From NCBI GenBank assembly GCA_963787445.1, contig CAWBCT010000005.1:416001-480000 (forward strand): a stretch of 64,000 nt of DNA, in the 5' to 3' direction. This stretch comes from an uncultured archaeon (lineage in GTDB: Archaea > Micrarchaeota > Micrarchaeia > Micrarchaeales > CABMGC01). Under the pieces are notes generated by a model. That model made no database searches. It saw only the letters and a program-made list of their open reading frames with translations, and was not told the origin of the DNA. A program made the translations under genes and the position numbers. Positions 54,872 through 64,000 of this stretch are shown piece after piece. How positions within the stretch are numbered: the stretch's first letter is position 1; each line of letters begins with the position of its first letter.

Positions 54872-57800
54872 ACCTACTTAGGTTGAACTGCCCCGTGGTG
54901 GCAGTGCCATCATCCTGCATTATGAATGTAGAGTCAATCTCATCCTTCACCAGCGCGAGCCTCTGCCTTATGTAGGCATCGAGCTCGTAGCGGTCTGCCA
55001 GGTTTATCGCCATGTTGAGATATTTCTCTATGCCACCCTTGGATATCGTCAGCAGAAGTTTGCCGCCGTCGCGCGTGCACTTTCCTGCAAGAGGCACCCT
55101 CCTGTATTTTGCATTGCACGAGGCGCAGCGGAACTGCTGCCTTGAAAATGAGTGGAGGTTTCCTATGAGGTCCGGAATGAAGTGGCTGGTTATGACTCTC
55201 CTCGCAGCATCCTTCTTGTTCACTGCGTAAATCTTGTTCATCAGCGAGAACTCTGCGTCAACCTTCTCCTGCATCGTCTTGAGCTGGGTGTAAAGCGTCC
55301 TCTTCGGCGCATCGGCAATGGCATTCGCAGAGCTTGCATGCGTGAACCAGATATTCTGGGACGAGGTTGCCGTCTTCAGCTTGTTTCCAACAAGATCAAG
55401 CTTAACTTCAGAAGGAGAAGCGTAAACATAGCTCTTCTCATAGAGCTCCATCGGATACTCCTTCATCGCTTCCATCTCATGGACCTCGTCGTCAATCTCA
55501 TCCACATGCACATTAAGCGTCAATATCAGCGGGGTGTCCATCGTCCCTCCAACCGTGAGAGGCAGGAACTCCTTTGAGAAGTTTATCAGTGCATCAAGCA
55601 GAAGCATCGTGGTGTCTTCGTCGCCGTCGCAGTTCCTTCTCCTCGCGCAGATCGTGTAAGGGTGGGCGAATCCTATGTTTGCATCCGTGAAACCGATTAT
55701 CCTGCCCAGCACTGCGCAGGAAGTGTGCGGCGCAAGCGTTATGACCAGCGTGCCCACGAGGTCGCCGATGCTCATCGCATTGTAGTAGCGTCCCATCCCG
55801 TAAAGGCCCTCAAGCATCTGGTCAACGAAGCGCGAGACCTTCAGCATATAATCTGCACCCCTCCGGTTTAGTATCACGTCCTGATGCCTAAGCTCAACTA
55901 ATTGCTCCTCGTTTGTCAGCTCGTTGCCCTCAAAATCCCTCTCATAACCCAGTGCCCTTAGCTTTTCCACAGGGACGCCAATCTCCTTGGGATAGAAGTG
56001 CGTTATTGGGACGTCAGTGGCATCAAAACGCGCTGTCCCGTCCTTGAATATGTAAACCCCGTTCTGCGTTCTCAGTATGCCTTTCTCGAGGTGCTCTGCA
56101 ACCTTGTTCTTGTTCGATAGCCCCTGCACACCCTTTATCACGTCGGGTATCTTGTTTATCCCCAGTCTCTTCATGCTGTGTCCGACTACACTGTGCAAAT
56201 CAATGCTCCTTTCAGAAGCACCCATCGTATCCGTGTTGCACCTTGGGCATTTTGTGCCCACCGTAACTGTAAAGCACTTCGGGCACTTGCGTTCCAATGC
56301 GGCCCGGGCATCGCAGTCATAGCAATACTGCGTGTCTATCGTTCGCAGGCACTTCGGGCACTTGTAGTTTGCTATCTCGGCAGTAAGTCCCGACTTGAGT
56401 TTCCGCGAGTCCAGGTTGTAGGCCTTGGTTATGTTCCTGTCCTTGCTGGCATGGGAGCCAACCGGGAAAAGCACATTGACTGCGGGTTTCATCAATCGCT
56501 CCTTTGACTTCTCCGGCCTTCCTATCCTCCCGCCAAGGAAGGTTGAGCGCTTCATTAGCTTTACGGAAGAGACCGCATTGAGCATCGCTATCTGGTCCTG
56601 GGTAATATCATATTTTGCCGGGACTCCAGCCGGCATCGCCATGACACCGTCTGCGCCTGCAAAGCCCAGAGAGACAAGAAGGCTTCTGGCATGGTCCCTA
56701 CTGATTACTATATGGCTCTGTTCTATTTTGTGTGGGACATTAATGAGTTCAAGGGAGCGTTTAATTATCGGCTCGTTTGTAAGCACAATCTTTTCCACTT
56801 CCGAAAGTTTTCCTTTCCTGAGTTCTTCCGAAATAGAGATTATCGATGCAAGGTCTTGAAGTTCCGTAGAACCAATCGCCTGGAACTCGTACAAGTATCT
56901 AGGGTGCAGTGGCACTCCGTGCTTCAAAGATAATTCATAGGCTTCATCAAAACCAAGCTCCCTGTTCTTCTGGACAACACCGGCCTTCTCGAGCTGGGCC
57001 TCCCAGATCTCCTCAACATAGCTGCTTGGCTGGAGGTGGGTGTTGGTCTTCTTGAAGTCGCCGTAGGTTATCAGTATATCACCCAGCGAAAGTATCTCTT
57101 CCACCTCGCCCTTAACCTCCCTCGCCATCTTCGCATCATTTATGCGCAGGGCTTCTCCGGACCGCAGCCTAACGAATGGGCCTTCAATGCTGTCAACAGG
57201 CATTGCCACGCAGCCCTTTCCAGGAAGCTCCACCTTGAGCTGGGTCCCGCTGGCTATGAATCCGTCGCAGATGAGCATCGTAGCCGGGCTGAAGCCCTTC
57301 GCGGCTATCCCTGTAAATCTGCTTCTCCCGTAACGCAGTCTTAGTCCGCCAACATATCCCGGATATGCAATCACCGGCCTTCCCGCAACAAGCTCCTCCA
57401 AAAATACCGCAACGCCCTTCTTCTTCTCCGAAGGATCCTTCTTCACGTCCGTTTTTATAACTCCGGCAAGCCAGCCCCAGTCCAATCCGGCCTCTTTCGT
57501 CTCCTTAACCATCTTCTTTGCCTTCTGCGCTATGCCCTCACAGGTTACCAGCGCGATCCCTCCCCTGACCTTGTTTGTTATCGGCGTTGTCTTCCCGTCC
57601 TTGTCAAGCCTGGAGAGATTTGCATGCACACCAACCTCTATCTGCTCTGTCGGGACCCCGTCTATGCAAACCTGGCAGTTCTTCAGCACTGTCCTTATGT
57701 CATCATCGCTTGGTCTGTACTGCAACCTTGCGCAGCGCGTGTGATAAAGTTCTATCTCCTCCACGCACCTCTCCACTTCATCGTTGGTCGCCTTATACGG

Positions 57801-58298
57801 CCCAATGTTGAGAAGCTTTCTCGAGAAATCTGCCAAAGCAACCGAGAGTGCTGCTCCAGTTCCACCTGCACCACGTATCGGCCCGGCATAGACCACTGCG
57901 ATGTATTCTGTCCCATCGGGGTTTCTATACACGTTAACCGTGCTTATCCCTTCCGTAGGCGCCACCAGCACGCCCTCTGTTATTATCGCCGTGCCGATCT
58001 TCACAGCAAGCTCTACGCGTCTTACTTTTTCATAATTCGAAAACGACTCTTCAGTGCAGATCTCCTTCGCTACCGCAAAAGCAAGCGCACTCCTGGTCTT
58101 GCCCTCCTGCTTCTTGCGTATGAGGTCCGCTATGCCTTTTATGTCAATGAGTCCCTCAACCCTTCCCGCAAGATCCTGCGCAGGAATAACCTCAACGTAG
58201 TCTTTTGGATCAAAACCCTTTGACCTGGCGTTCTTTGCCACCCCGTAAACTTTCTCGAACTGCTCTGAAAGTGCTGAAAAATAAGTTTCGGTGTCCAT
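54864..58298 (-). CDS. polC: DNA polymerase D large subunit DP2
   Basis: AGPIRGAGGT, LRLRYGRSR.TG, RIGRPEK, FKDGT.RFD, RRNCDGDED, zinc fingers; no intein. ATG 58298. Confidence 0.96.
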   Translation of the reverse strand: MDTETYFSALSEQFEKVYGVAKNARSKGFDPKDYVEVIPAQDLAGRVEGLIDIKGIADLIRKKQEGKTRSALAFAVAKEICTEESFSNYEKVRRVELAVKIGTAIITEGVLVAPTEGISTVNVYRNPDGTEYIAVVYAGPIRGAGGTGAALSVALADFSRKLLNIGPYKATNDEVERCVEEIELYHTRCARLQYRPSDDDIRTVLKNCQVCIDGVPTEQIEVGVHANLSRLDKDGKTTPITNKVRGGIALVTCEGIAQKAKKMVKETKEAGLDWGWLAGVIKTDVKKDPSEKKKGVAVFLEELVAGRPVIAYPGYVGGLRLRYGRSRFTGIAAKGFSPATMLICDGFIASGTQLKVELPGKGCVAMPVDSIEGPFVRLRSGEALRINDAKMAREVKGEVEEILSLGDILITYGDFKKTNTHLQPSSYVEEIWEAQLEKAGVVQKNRELGFDEAYELSLKHGVPLHPRYLYEFQAIGSTELQDLASIISISEELRKGKLSEVEKIVLTNEPIIKRSLELINVPHKIEQSHIVISRDHARSLLVSLGFAGADGVMAMPAGVPAKYDITQDQIAMLNAVSSVKLMKRSTFLGGRIGRPEKSKERLMKPAVNVLFPVGSHASKDRNITKAYNLDSRKLKSGLTAEIANYKCPKCLRTIDTQYCYDCDARAALERKCPKCFTVTVGTKCPRCNTDTMGASERSIDLHSVVGHSMKRLGINKIPDVIKGVQGLSNKNKVAEHLEKGILRTQNGVYIFKDGTARFDATDVPITHFYPKEIGVPVEKLRALGYERDFEGNELTNEEQLVELRHQDVILNRRGADYMLKVSRFVDQMLEGLYGMGRYYNAMSIGDLVGTLVITLAPHTSCAVLGRIIGFTDANIGFAHPYTICARRRNCDGDEDTTMLLLDALINFSKEFLPLTVGGTMDTPLILTLNVHVDEIDDEVHEMEAMKEYPMELYEKSYVYASPSEVKLDLVGNKLKTATSSQNIWFTHASSANAIADAPKRTLYTQLKTMQEKVDAEFSLMNKIYAVNKKDAARRVITSHFIPDLIGNLHSFSRQQFRCASCNAKYRRVPLAGKCTRDGGKLLLTISKGGIEKYLNMAINLADRYELDAYIRQRLALVKDEIDSTFIMQDDGTATTGQFNLSRFI

Positions 58299-58303
58299 TC
58301 TGA

Positions 58304-59812
58304 TCACATATTGAAGTCTACCCCGACCATCGTACCTTTCTTCATCTGGTATATTGGAAGAATGCACGGGGTCGGCATGTGACCCAGCTTTGTCTGGTAC
58401 TCTGTCTTTGACTGCCAGGTGCCGCTGTTCACTATCTGCGTCCCGTGATACTCCGCGCTCCCATTCTTGTGCACGTGGCCCATGTGAAGGATATCTGGGG
58501 CCTCGGTCATCACAAGCCCGTCGCTTTTGCTTGGCGTTATCGACTTCATCCCGTAGATTGGCGAGATGTGCCTGCGCTTCAGCATCTCTATCATCGCGGT
58601 CTCGGGCCGGCTGTAGCTGCATCCGGCTATCCCGTGTATGACCGAGTCGAGCGAGGTGCCGTGGTAGGAGAGCACCTTCAGCCCGTCCAGCGTGACGTAG
58701 GAAGGGCTTGAGAGCATATGCACGTTGCTCCTCCTGAACTCCTTAATTATGTCCTTGCTCAAAACGGGCTGCGGGTCCGCAAGCTGCACTGCGTCGTGGT
58801 TTCCGGGTATCACAAACGTCTGTATGTAATCGGGAACATCCTCCAGGAACTTGAAGAAGTAGGAGTACTGGTCATAGATGTCAAGTATCGTGAGCTCTTT
58901 GTCCTGCTCCGGATACACCCCTATCCCGTCCACCAGGTCCCCGCCAATCATCAGGTACTTTATCTTTCCCGCAAGCTCCCTGTCCTTGTCGACCCTGCCG
59001 TTGAGCCAGTCTATGAACTGCTTGAACTGCTTTTCCATGAACAGCTTGCTGCCTACGTGGATGTCGGAGGTGAAGGCTATCGCGAGATCATCAACACTTT
59101 GCTTTCTTGTGTGGACGGGAACGTCCGGCCAGATGAGGCTGCTTGCGATTATGAACGGCGAGACTATCTTGCCCTTAACGGCTATGACCTCGTCCGTCAC
59201 TATCTTTGACGCGGAATCAAACAGCGCGATCATCTCCTTGCTGTTCCTGATGTCAGCCTTGCTGAAGATTATCTTTGCCGTGCCGTTCTCATCCTCTATG
59301 TTAAGCATCAGGTTGCCCTTCTTGGTTATGAACTTCTCATAGACCATCCCTATGACCGTGACCTCCTTGCCGTCGGTGTACTGGGAGATCTTGTCCGTGC
59401 CTATGACCAGGCCGAGATTCCTTGTGTAGGTGAGTATCTCCCTGAGTTTCTTGTACCGGTCGTTGAAGTAGGCGGTAAAATCTGCAACCGTGCCCCCTAT
59501 CTTGTCTGCCTCAATATTCCTTATCTTGAAGTCAGGCTCGAGCTCCTTCGCCAGCGGCTTGAAGTCTGAGGATTTTATGACCACCACCGTCTCCTTTTCT
59601 TGCGGTGCCCTTGCCTCCCTGATTTTTTGCAGCGCTTTCCTGTCCAGCAGCTTCATCCCCTCCTTTCCAGAGAAGAAAGCACGTATCTCCGCGCAAAGCG
59701 CATCAAGCGACTCGCCCTCCAGGTCCTTCTCGGTGAGCCCCGTCGCCACCATTATCTGCCCGTCAAGCTTTTTGTTGAGCCCAGAAATAGTTATGTTCGC
59801 CAGCGTACTCAC
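58304..59812 (-). CDS. polB: DNA polymerase D small subunit DP1
   Basis: OB fold, SDIHVGS, GDLVDGIGVYP.Q, PGNHD, YHG, RRH.SP.YG, GHVH, NSGTWQ. Confidence 0.95.
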   Translation of the reverse strand: MSTLANITISGLNKKLDGQIMVATGLTEKDLEGESLDALCAEIRAFFSGKEGMKLLDRKALQKIREARAPQEKETVVVIKSSDFKPLAKELEPDFKIRNIEADKIGGTVADFTAYFNDRYKKLREILTYTRNLGLVIGTDKISQYTDGKEVTVIGMVYEKFITKKGNLMLNIEDENGTAKIIFSKADIRNSKEMIALFDSASKIVTDEVIAVKGKIVSPFIIASSLIWPDVPVHTRKQSVDDLAIAFTSDIHVGSKLFMEKQFKQFIDWLNGRVDKDRELAGKIKYLMIGGDLVDGIGVYPEQDKELTILDIYDQYSYFFKFLEDVPDYIQTFVIPGNHDAVQLADPQPVLSKDIIKEFRRSNVHMLSSPSYVTLDGLKVLSYHGTSLDSVIHGIAGCSYSRPETAMIEMLKRRHISPIYGMKSITPSKSDGLVMTEAPDILHMGHVHKNGSAEYHGTQIVNSGTWQSKTEYQTKLGHMPTPCILPIYQMKKGTMVGVDFNM

Positions 59813-59954
59813 CAAATGCAAAAAGCAGTAGAGATTATGCTAGCGCAATAATTTATAGACTCTGCAAGTGAGCGTATCTTTAAGGTAGCGAGTGGCAGTA
59901 AAAATCGAAACTGCCTCCTTCTTATCTTATGTAAATTTGAGATTTTTCCTAGGT

Positions 59955-60338
59955 CTAATGATGAGGCTGTAGAAGGTTAACCCTATTGCCCTCGGTATCA
60001 AAAAACGATAAAAATAGTCCAATATCTGGCATATCCATTATCTTGCCAGAGATCTTCCCCCCAGCTTTAATGATCTTCTCCCTGTAGGCTTTGATATCAT
60101 CAACTTGTATGGTCACGGTTGTCGTCTGTGCTACGTTCCCGGTCTTCTGGTAGAAACCGCCATTTATTGTGCCAGGCTTCTTCGGCATGTCATTTTCAGA
60201 TTCTGTCGTATTGACAGTGACAAAACTGCCCATCTCTGGCCCAAGCTGTTTTGTCTCCCACCCGAATGTTTTTGAATAAAAGGCTATCATGCGCTTTCGG
60301 TCTTCTGCCGGCATCTCAAAGTGTACCACGGGGTCCAT
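59955..60338 (-). CDS. VOC/glyoxalase family protein
   Basis: VVHFE.PA.D, FY...FGW, INGG, DTEGN. Confidence 0.9.
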   Translation of the reverse strand: MDPVVHFEMPAEDRKRMIAFYSKTFGWETKQLGPEMGSFVTVNTTESENDMPKKPGTINGGFYQKTGNVAQTTTVTIQVDDIKAYREKIIKAGGKISGKIMDMPDIGLFLSFFDTEGNRVNLLQPHH

Positions 60339-60375
60339 TCTATCACGCTATAAATCTAGAGTTGGGTTAGAGAAG

Positions 60376-60645
60376 CTAGTCCTTCACCGATTCCAGCGAG
60401 CTCAGGATGTTCCAGATCACCGTGCGCGCATAGGGCGGCAGGTTTATGTCGTTGCTGACCTCGTCTATCTTGTAGGTAGCCCCGGAAGCCCTCACAGAAT
60501 AGCTTTCCTTCGTCTGGTCCAGAGACTTCTTCGCCTCTTCCAGCGCAGCCTTCACGTTCCTCGGGACGCTGTTGTCGTTTATCAGCATCTCGATCTGCTG
60601 CCTGATTTGTGCAATGCTTTCGTCAATTTTCTTATCTTCTGCCAT
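60376..60645 (-). CDS. UPF0147 family protein
   Basis: ND.SVPRNV, DE.SND.NLP..ART.IW...S.LES. Confidence 0.9.
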   Translation of the reverse strand: MAEDKKIDESIAQIRQQIEMLINDNSVPRNVKAALEEAKKSLDQTKESYSVRASGATYKIDEVSNDINLPPYARTVIWNILSSLESVKD

Positions 60646-60662
60646 ACTAACACACCTTTATT

Positions 60663-60750
60663 CGGGCCCGGCGGGATTTTCAAAACTTTTTTGAACCCGC
60701 GATCCTCAGATTAGAAGTCTGTCGCTCTATCCAAGCTGAGCTACGGGCCC
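60663..60750 (-). tRNA. tRNA-Arg(UCU) with 13-nt intron at position 59/60 (intron 60677-60689)
   Basis: GGGCCCG acceptor, anticodon loop CTTCTAA. T-loop is 20 nt (TTCAAAAAAGTTTTGAAAAT); removing 13 nt at BHB/BHL cut sites restores TTCAAAT. Confidence 0.92.
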
Positions 60751-60752
60751 TC

Positions 60753-61499
60753 TCACAATATTAGACCGAAGTAGTCTTTAAGGGTTTCTATTATCTTAAA
60801 ACCCACATCCTCTGGGGTCATCTCCTTAAAAGCCGCAATCCTTTCTACCGTCTTCCTGACATCTGAGGGGAACTTGCCCACCGCTGGCGCGTCAGTCTCG
60901 GTCACCAGGCTTTCAATGCCAACGGCCTTCACAACGCGCTTCAGCCTGCTTGATTCTATCGGCGGTATCGACATGAGGTAGCCCCTCTTCTCAAGCATCA
61001 GCGCATCCTCCTCGTTCCCGCTGAAGAAGTGGAACATCGCCTTCTGGATCGAGTTCTCCTCAAGCATCGTAACCACATCCGCGAGCGTTCCCCTGGAGTG
61101 TATGACCACGGGCATGTTCAGGTCGGCAGCGAGCCCCAGCTGGTTTGAGAAGAGCTCCTTCTGCACATCCATCCCTTTCCTTTCCATCGCCCTGCTGTCA
61201 AGCCCTATCTCGCCGATCCCAACGATCTTTCTGTTGCCTTTCACCAGCGACCTGAGCTCCTCAACGAACTCGCTTCCCGGCACCGCTTCTTCGGGATGTA
61301 TCCCAAGGACTCCAAAAACACCGTCGAAACGAAGGAGCCCGGCAATCCTGCGGTTGCTCTCCATGGTGGTTCCCGCGGTGAGCATCGCAACCACGCCATC
61401 TTTTCTGGAAGAGGCTATGGTCTCCTCGACATTCTCGTACATTTCAAGGTGGCAATGGGCATCGGACAAAGGATATCCTGCAACCGTCGCGCCATCCAT
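60753..61499 (-). CDS. TatD family nuclease
   Basis: DAHCHL, GIHP, IGEIGLD, VIHSR, FH.F.G, ETDAP. Confidence 0.92.
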   Translation of the reverse strand: MDGATVAGYPLSDAHCHLEMYENVEETIASSRKDGVVAMLTAGTTMESNRRIAGLLRFDGVFGVLGIHPEEAVPGSEFVEELRSLVKGNRKIVGIGEIGLDSRAMERKGMDVQKELFSNQLGLAADLNMPVVIHSRGTLADVVTMLEENSIQKAMFHFFSGNEEDALMLEKRGYLMSIPPIESSRLKRVVKAVGIESLVTETDAPAVGKFPSDVRKTVERIAAFKEMTPEDVGFKIIETLKDYFGLIL

Positions 61500-61566
61500 T
61501 AGAACACCAAACCGAATAAACAGCCCACTCTTTATATTACTTCTTTCCTAATATAAACCCGATAGA

Positions 61567-62658
61567 ATGCCACGCAGAGCACCAGCAAAAACCGGCAACG
61601 CAAAGGCACTGAAGATAGCCTATGCGGCCCTTGCGCTGAGCATCGTTGCCGTAGTTGTATCTGCGATCGGCTACACACACATCAACACGATCTACATAAA
61701 CAACACGAAGACGGTATACGTTACCAACACCGTGAACGGCACGAAGGCCGTAAACCTGACCGCCTACGTCCTAAACAACGTAACAACGCTGGTGCCTCTC
61801 CATTACCTGCCCGGCTACCCGGTCATAAACTCCTCCCAAGCCCCCGGAGGCACGCTCAATGGCATCAACTCCCCGTTGAACAGCACCAACCTGGCAGTAA
61901 TAAACAACAGCTCAGACTCCTACTTTGAGCAGGCGGGCCTGATGTACCTAAACGGCAACCTGGTCAACGAGCTCGGCACCACGGTTAACAAGGTGCCCGT
62001 GTTCACCGTGAACGGGAAGCCCTCTGTGATATATCTCGGCTCGATAACGTGCATCTTCTGTGGAGAGAACCGCTGGGCCATGGATCTTGCGCTCTCCCGC
62101 TTCGGCAACTTCTCTACGCTATTCAACGGATACAGCTCCATCGGCGACGGCGACGTTCCCACGCTCTACTGGTCGCCCGCGACCTACAACCTATCTGCCG
62201 TGGACCTGGGCTCGTTCTACCAGAGCAGATACCTCAACTTCATAGTCTTTGAGGACACCGCCCCAATCTCAGGCGGCTTTGCCCTGCAGACTGTCTCGCA
62301 GATCTCGCAGGAGGTGAACGCCTCTGGAAATCCAGCCTACATAGACGCGTTCAAGTACATAATCCAGATCAACAACTTCGCCGGCACGCCATATACTATT
62401 TGGGGCATGAATCAGGTTAACGGGGCCGATGCGGTTGACTTTGGAAACAACACCCAGACCGCCCCAGCGCCGCTCAACCTCTGGACCCATGCCCAGGTGT
62501 TCTCGCAGCTAGCGAACCCGAACAATCAGTTTGCGTGGACCGAGTACGCCGCAGCAGACCTGTACATAGCGATGGTCTGCCCATCTCTCAACAGCACCGC
62601 ACCTCCAATCTGCCAGCTGCCAGCGATAAAGGCCATAGAAGCGAAGAACGGCTATTAG
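61567..62658 (+). CDS. Membrane-anchored thioredoxin-like protein (DUF929-like)
   Basis: N-terminal TM; GKP.VIY.G...CIFC...RW...ALSRFGNF; many N-x-S/T sequons. Confidence 0.75.
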   Translation: MPRRAPAKTGNAKALKIAYAALALSIVAVVVSAIGYTHINTIYINNTKTVYVTNTVNGTKAVNLTAYVLNNVTTLVPLHYLPGYPVINSSQAPGGTLNGINSPLNSTNLAVINNSSDSYFEQAGLMYLNGNLVNELGTTVNKVPVFTVNGKPSVIYLGSITCIFCGENRWAMDLALSRFGNFSTLFNGYSSIGDGDVPTLYWSPATYNLSAVDLGSFYQSRYLNFIVFEDTAPISGGFALQTVSQISQEVNASGNPAYIDAFKYIIQINNFAGTPYTIWGMNQVNGADAVDFGNNTQTAPAPLNLWTHAQVFSQLANPNNQFAWTEYAAADLYIAMVCPSLNSTAPPICQLPAIKAIEAKNGY

Positions 62659-63416
62659 AGGAACTTTCCTGTCTTGCCCTTTGCCAGGTCCCTGTAGATG
62701 AGGTCTATCATGTCCTGGAAAGCAGGATCTCTCCTGCGTCTCGGCCGCTTTATCTTGATCTCCCGCGTGGCAATGACGCGCGACGGCTTGTCCGACAGGA
62801 CCACCACCTTATCCGAGAGCTCCACCGCCTCCTCCACATTGTGGGTCACCATTATCACCGTCTTTACGGACGTGTTATTGCCCTTCAGCAGGGCGAGCAC
62901 GTCCTTCCTCAGCACGTCCGCCGTGAGCTCGTCGAGCGAGCTGAACGGCTCGTCCATGAGCAGCACCCTGGGGTTCGAGACCAGGGCGCGTGCTATCCCT
63001 ATTCTCTGCTTCATCCCGCCGCTCAGTATGTTCGGATAGGAGTCCTCGAACTTGGAGAGCCCGAAGCTGTTCAGCATCTTCGCCGCATTCCTCTCCTTAG
63101 ACCCGTCGCTCACATCCTGCCTCGACTCTCCCAGCTCCACGTTCTCCAGGTTCGTCAGCCACGGCAGCAGGGCAAAGTCCTGGAATACGAACGAGAGGCC
63201 GTCGGATGGGCCGTCTATGGGCTTTCCGTCATAGAGCACGCTGCCCTTGCTGGCATCTATGAGCCCAGCTATTATCCTGAGCATGGTGCTCTTGCCGCAC
63301 CCGCTCGGCCCTATGAGCGAGACGAACTCGTCATTCCCGCAGTCGAACGACGCCTCCTTTATTATGGTAGAGTCGCCGAATGAGAAACCCAACTTTTTGA
63401 CCTCGATTATGCCCAT
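62655..63416 (-). CDS. ABC transporter ATP-binding protein (nitrate/sulfonate-type)
   Basis: GPSGCGKST, VFQ..ALLPW, LSGGMKQR, LMDEPF, VTHNVEEA. Confidence 0.93.
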   Translation of the reverse strand: MGIIEVKKLGFSFGDSTIIKEASFDCGNDEFVSLIGPSGCGKSTMLRIIAGLIDASKGSVLYDGKPIDGPSDGLSFVFQDFALLPWLTNLENVELGESRQDVSDGSKERNAAKMLNSFGLSKFEDSYPNILSGGMKQRIGIARALVSNPRVLLMDEPFSSLDELTADVLRKDVLALLKGNNTSVKTVIMVTHNVEEAVELSDKVVVLSDKPSRVIATREIKIKRPRRRRDPAFQDMIDLIYRDLAKGKTGKFL

Positions 63417-63420
63417 CAGA

Positions 63421-64000
63421 CTACCTATAAACGTCGGAGACCCTCTTGTATAGTCTCTTCCACACGAACGTATTTATTATGATTATCATCACGACCATGT
63501 TGACTATCGCTATTCCCATCAGGATCAGGTTGCCCTGCGAAAGAGAGACGTCGAGGAGCTTGCCGATGCCTATGTTTACCTGGGTGCCGGTGAAATACTC
63601 GGCGACTATGCTTGCATTCCATTCGGCAGCTATGGCGGTTATGCTTCCCGTGATTATGCCGGGCAGGAGCGCCATCAGGTAGATCCTCCGCCAGGCCTCC
63701 TTGCCCTTCACGCCCCACAGCTTCCTCACCTCGAATATCTCGGGCATGATCGCCTTTGAGGAGCTCATCATGCTGAAGATGAGGTACCAGATGCCGCTGA
63801 GCACGTAGATGAGGAACGCGGTTATCTCCCCTGCTCCCGGGGTTCCCTGGACGGCTATCACTATGGCCGGCAGAAGTATCGTTGCAGGTATGGAAGCCAG
63901 CACCTGGAAAAGGACGGTATATCCGTTCGAGTGCTTGGAAAAGAAGACCAGGTACACACAGAGCAGCACCGATATTACTAGTGACACCACAAAAGCGGCC
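63421..64000 (-). CDS. ABC transporter permease (partial, runs off window end)
   Basis: LASIPA..L.P, WYLIF, LPGIITGSITA...WNASIVAEY, GIG. Confidence 0.88.
   Translation of the reverse strand, partial: AAFVVSLVISVLLCVYLVFFSKHSNGYTVLFQVLASIPATILLPAIVIAVQGTPGAGEITAFLIYVLSGIWYLIFSMMSSSKAIMPEIFEVRKLWGVKGKEAWRRIYLMALLPGIITGSITAIAAEWNASIVAEYFTGTQVNIGIGKLLDVSLSQGNLILMGIAIVNMVVMIIIINTFVWKRLYKRVSDVYR

Noticed and set aside
58299-58622. N-terminal extension of PolD DP2 in the ORF track
   Set aside because: It overlaps the DP1 coding end in another frame; conserved DP2 begins at MDTETYF.
17727-63383. Many long antisense or alternate-frame ORFs (e.g. 17727-18482, 34404-35102, 44892-45629, 62535-63383)
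   Set aside because: They lie wholly opposite well-supported genes, carry no motifs, and are expected from G/C-ending codon bias.
1-64000. CRISPR arrays, IS elements, inteins (RadA, Cdc6, DP2), rRNA, SRP RNA, RNase P RNA
   Set aside because: No repeat-spacer arrays, transposase motifs, oversize insertions or recognisable signature sequences were seen by eye.

Overview
Gene-dense archaeal chromosome segment. It most resembles a DPANN/Micrarchaeota (ARMAN-like) genome, inferred from a three-unit-sized tRNA splicing endonuclease, a T-loop tRNA intron, tRNA-Ile(UAU), PolD and class III-signal LamG proteins. Most genes are core informational: TFE, GINS-L44e-aIF2a-PAC2, RadA, Tyw1, EndA, SRP54, RNase P proteins, Mre11, Cdc6, the proteasome/exosome superoperon, FtsZ, TruD, RNase Z, thermosome, AglB and PolD. 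There are also archaeal lipid synthesis genes, four tRNAs and three pilin-like genes plus a prepilin peptidase. No CRISPR array, transposase, integrase or intein was seen. The strongest oddities are: a stand-alone single-repeat (half) TBP; a candidate oriC (ORB-like inverted repeats around a 35-nt pure A/T tract) beside GINS; two unannotated structured intergenic RNAs (a pseudoknot upstream of radA and a multi-stem leader with a terminator ahead of a wHTH gene); two convergent LamG pilin genes with inverted homology and atypical Leu(-1) signal peptides; a tail-anchored tandem winged-helix protein; several apparent pseudoenzymes (CheD-like, ProDH-like, Cys-less Mrp); and a doubly frameshifted surface-protein gene. 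All functional calls come from motif recognition by eye. No database searches were run.
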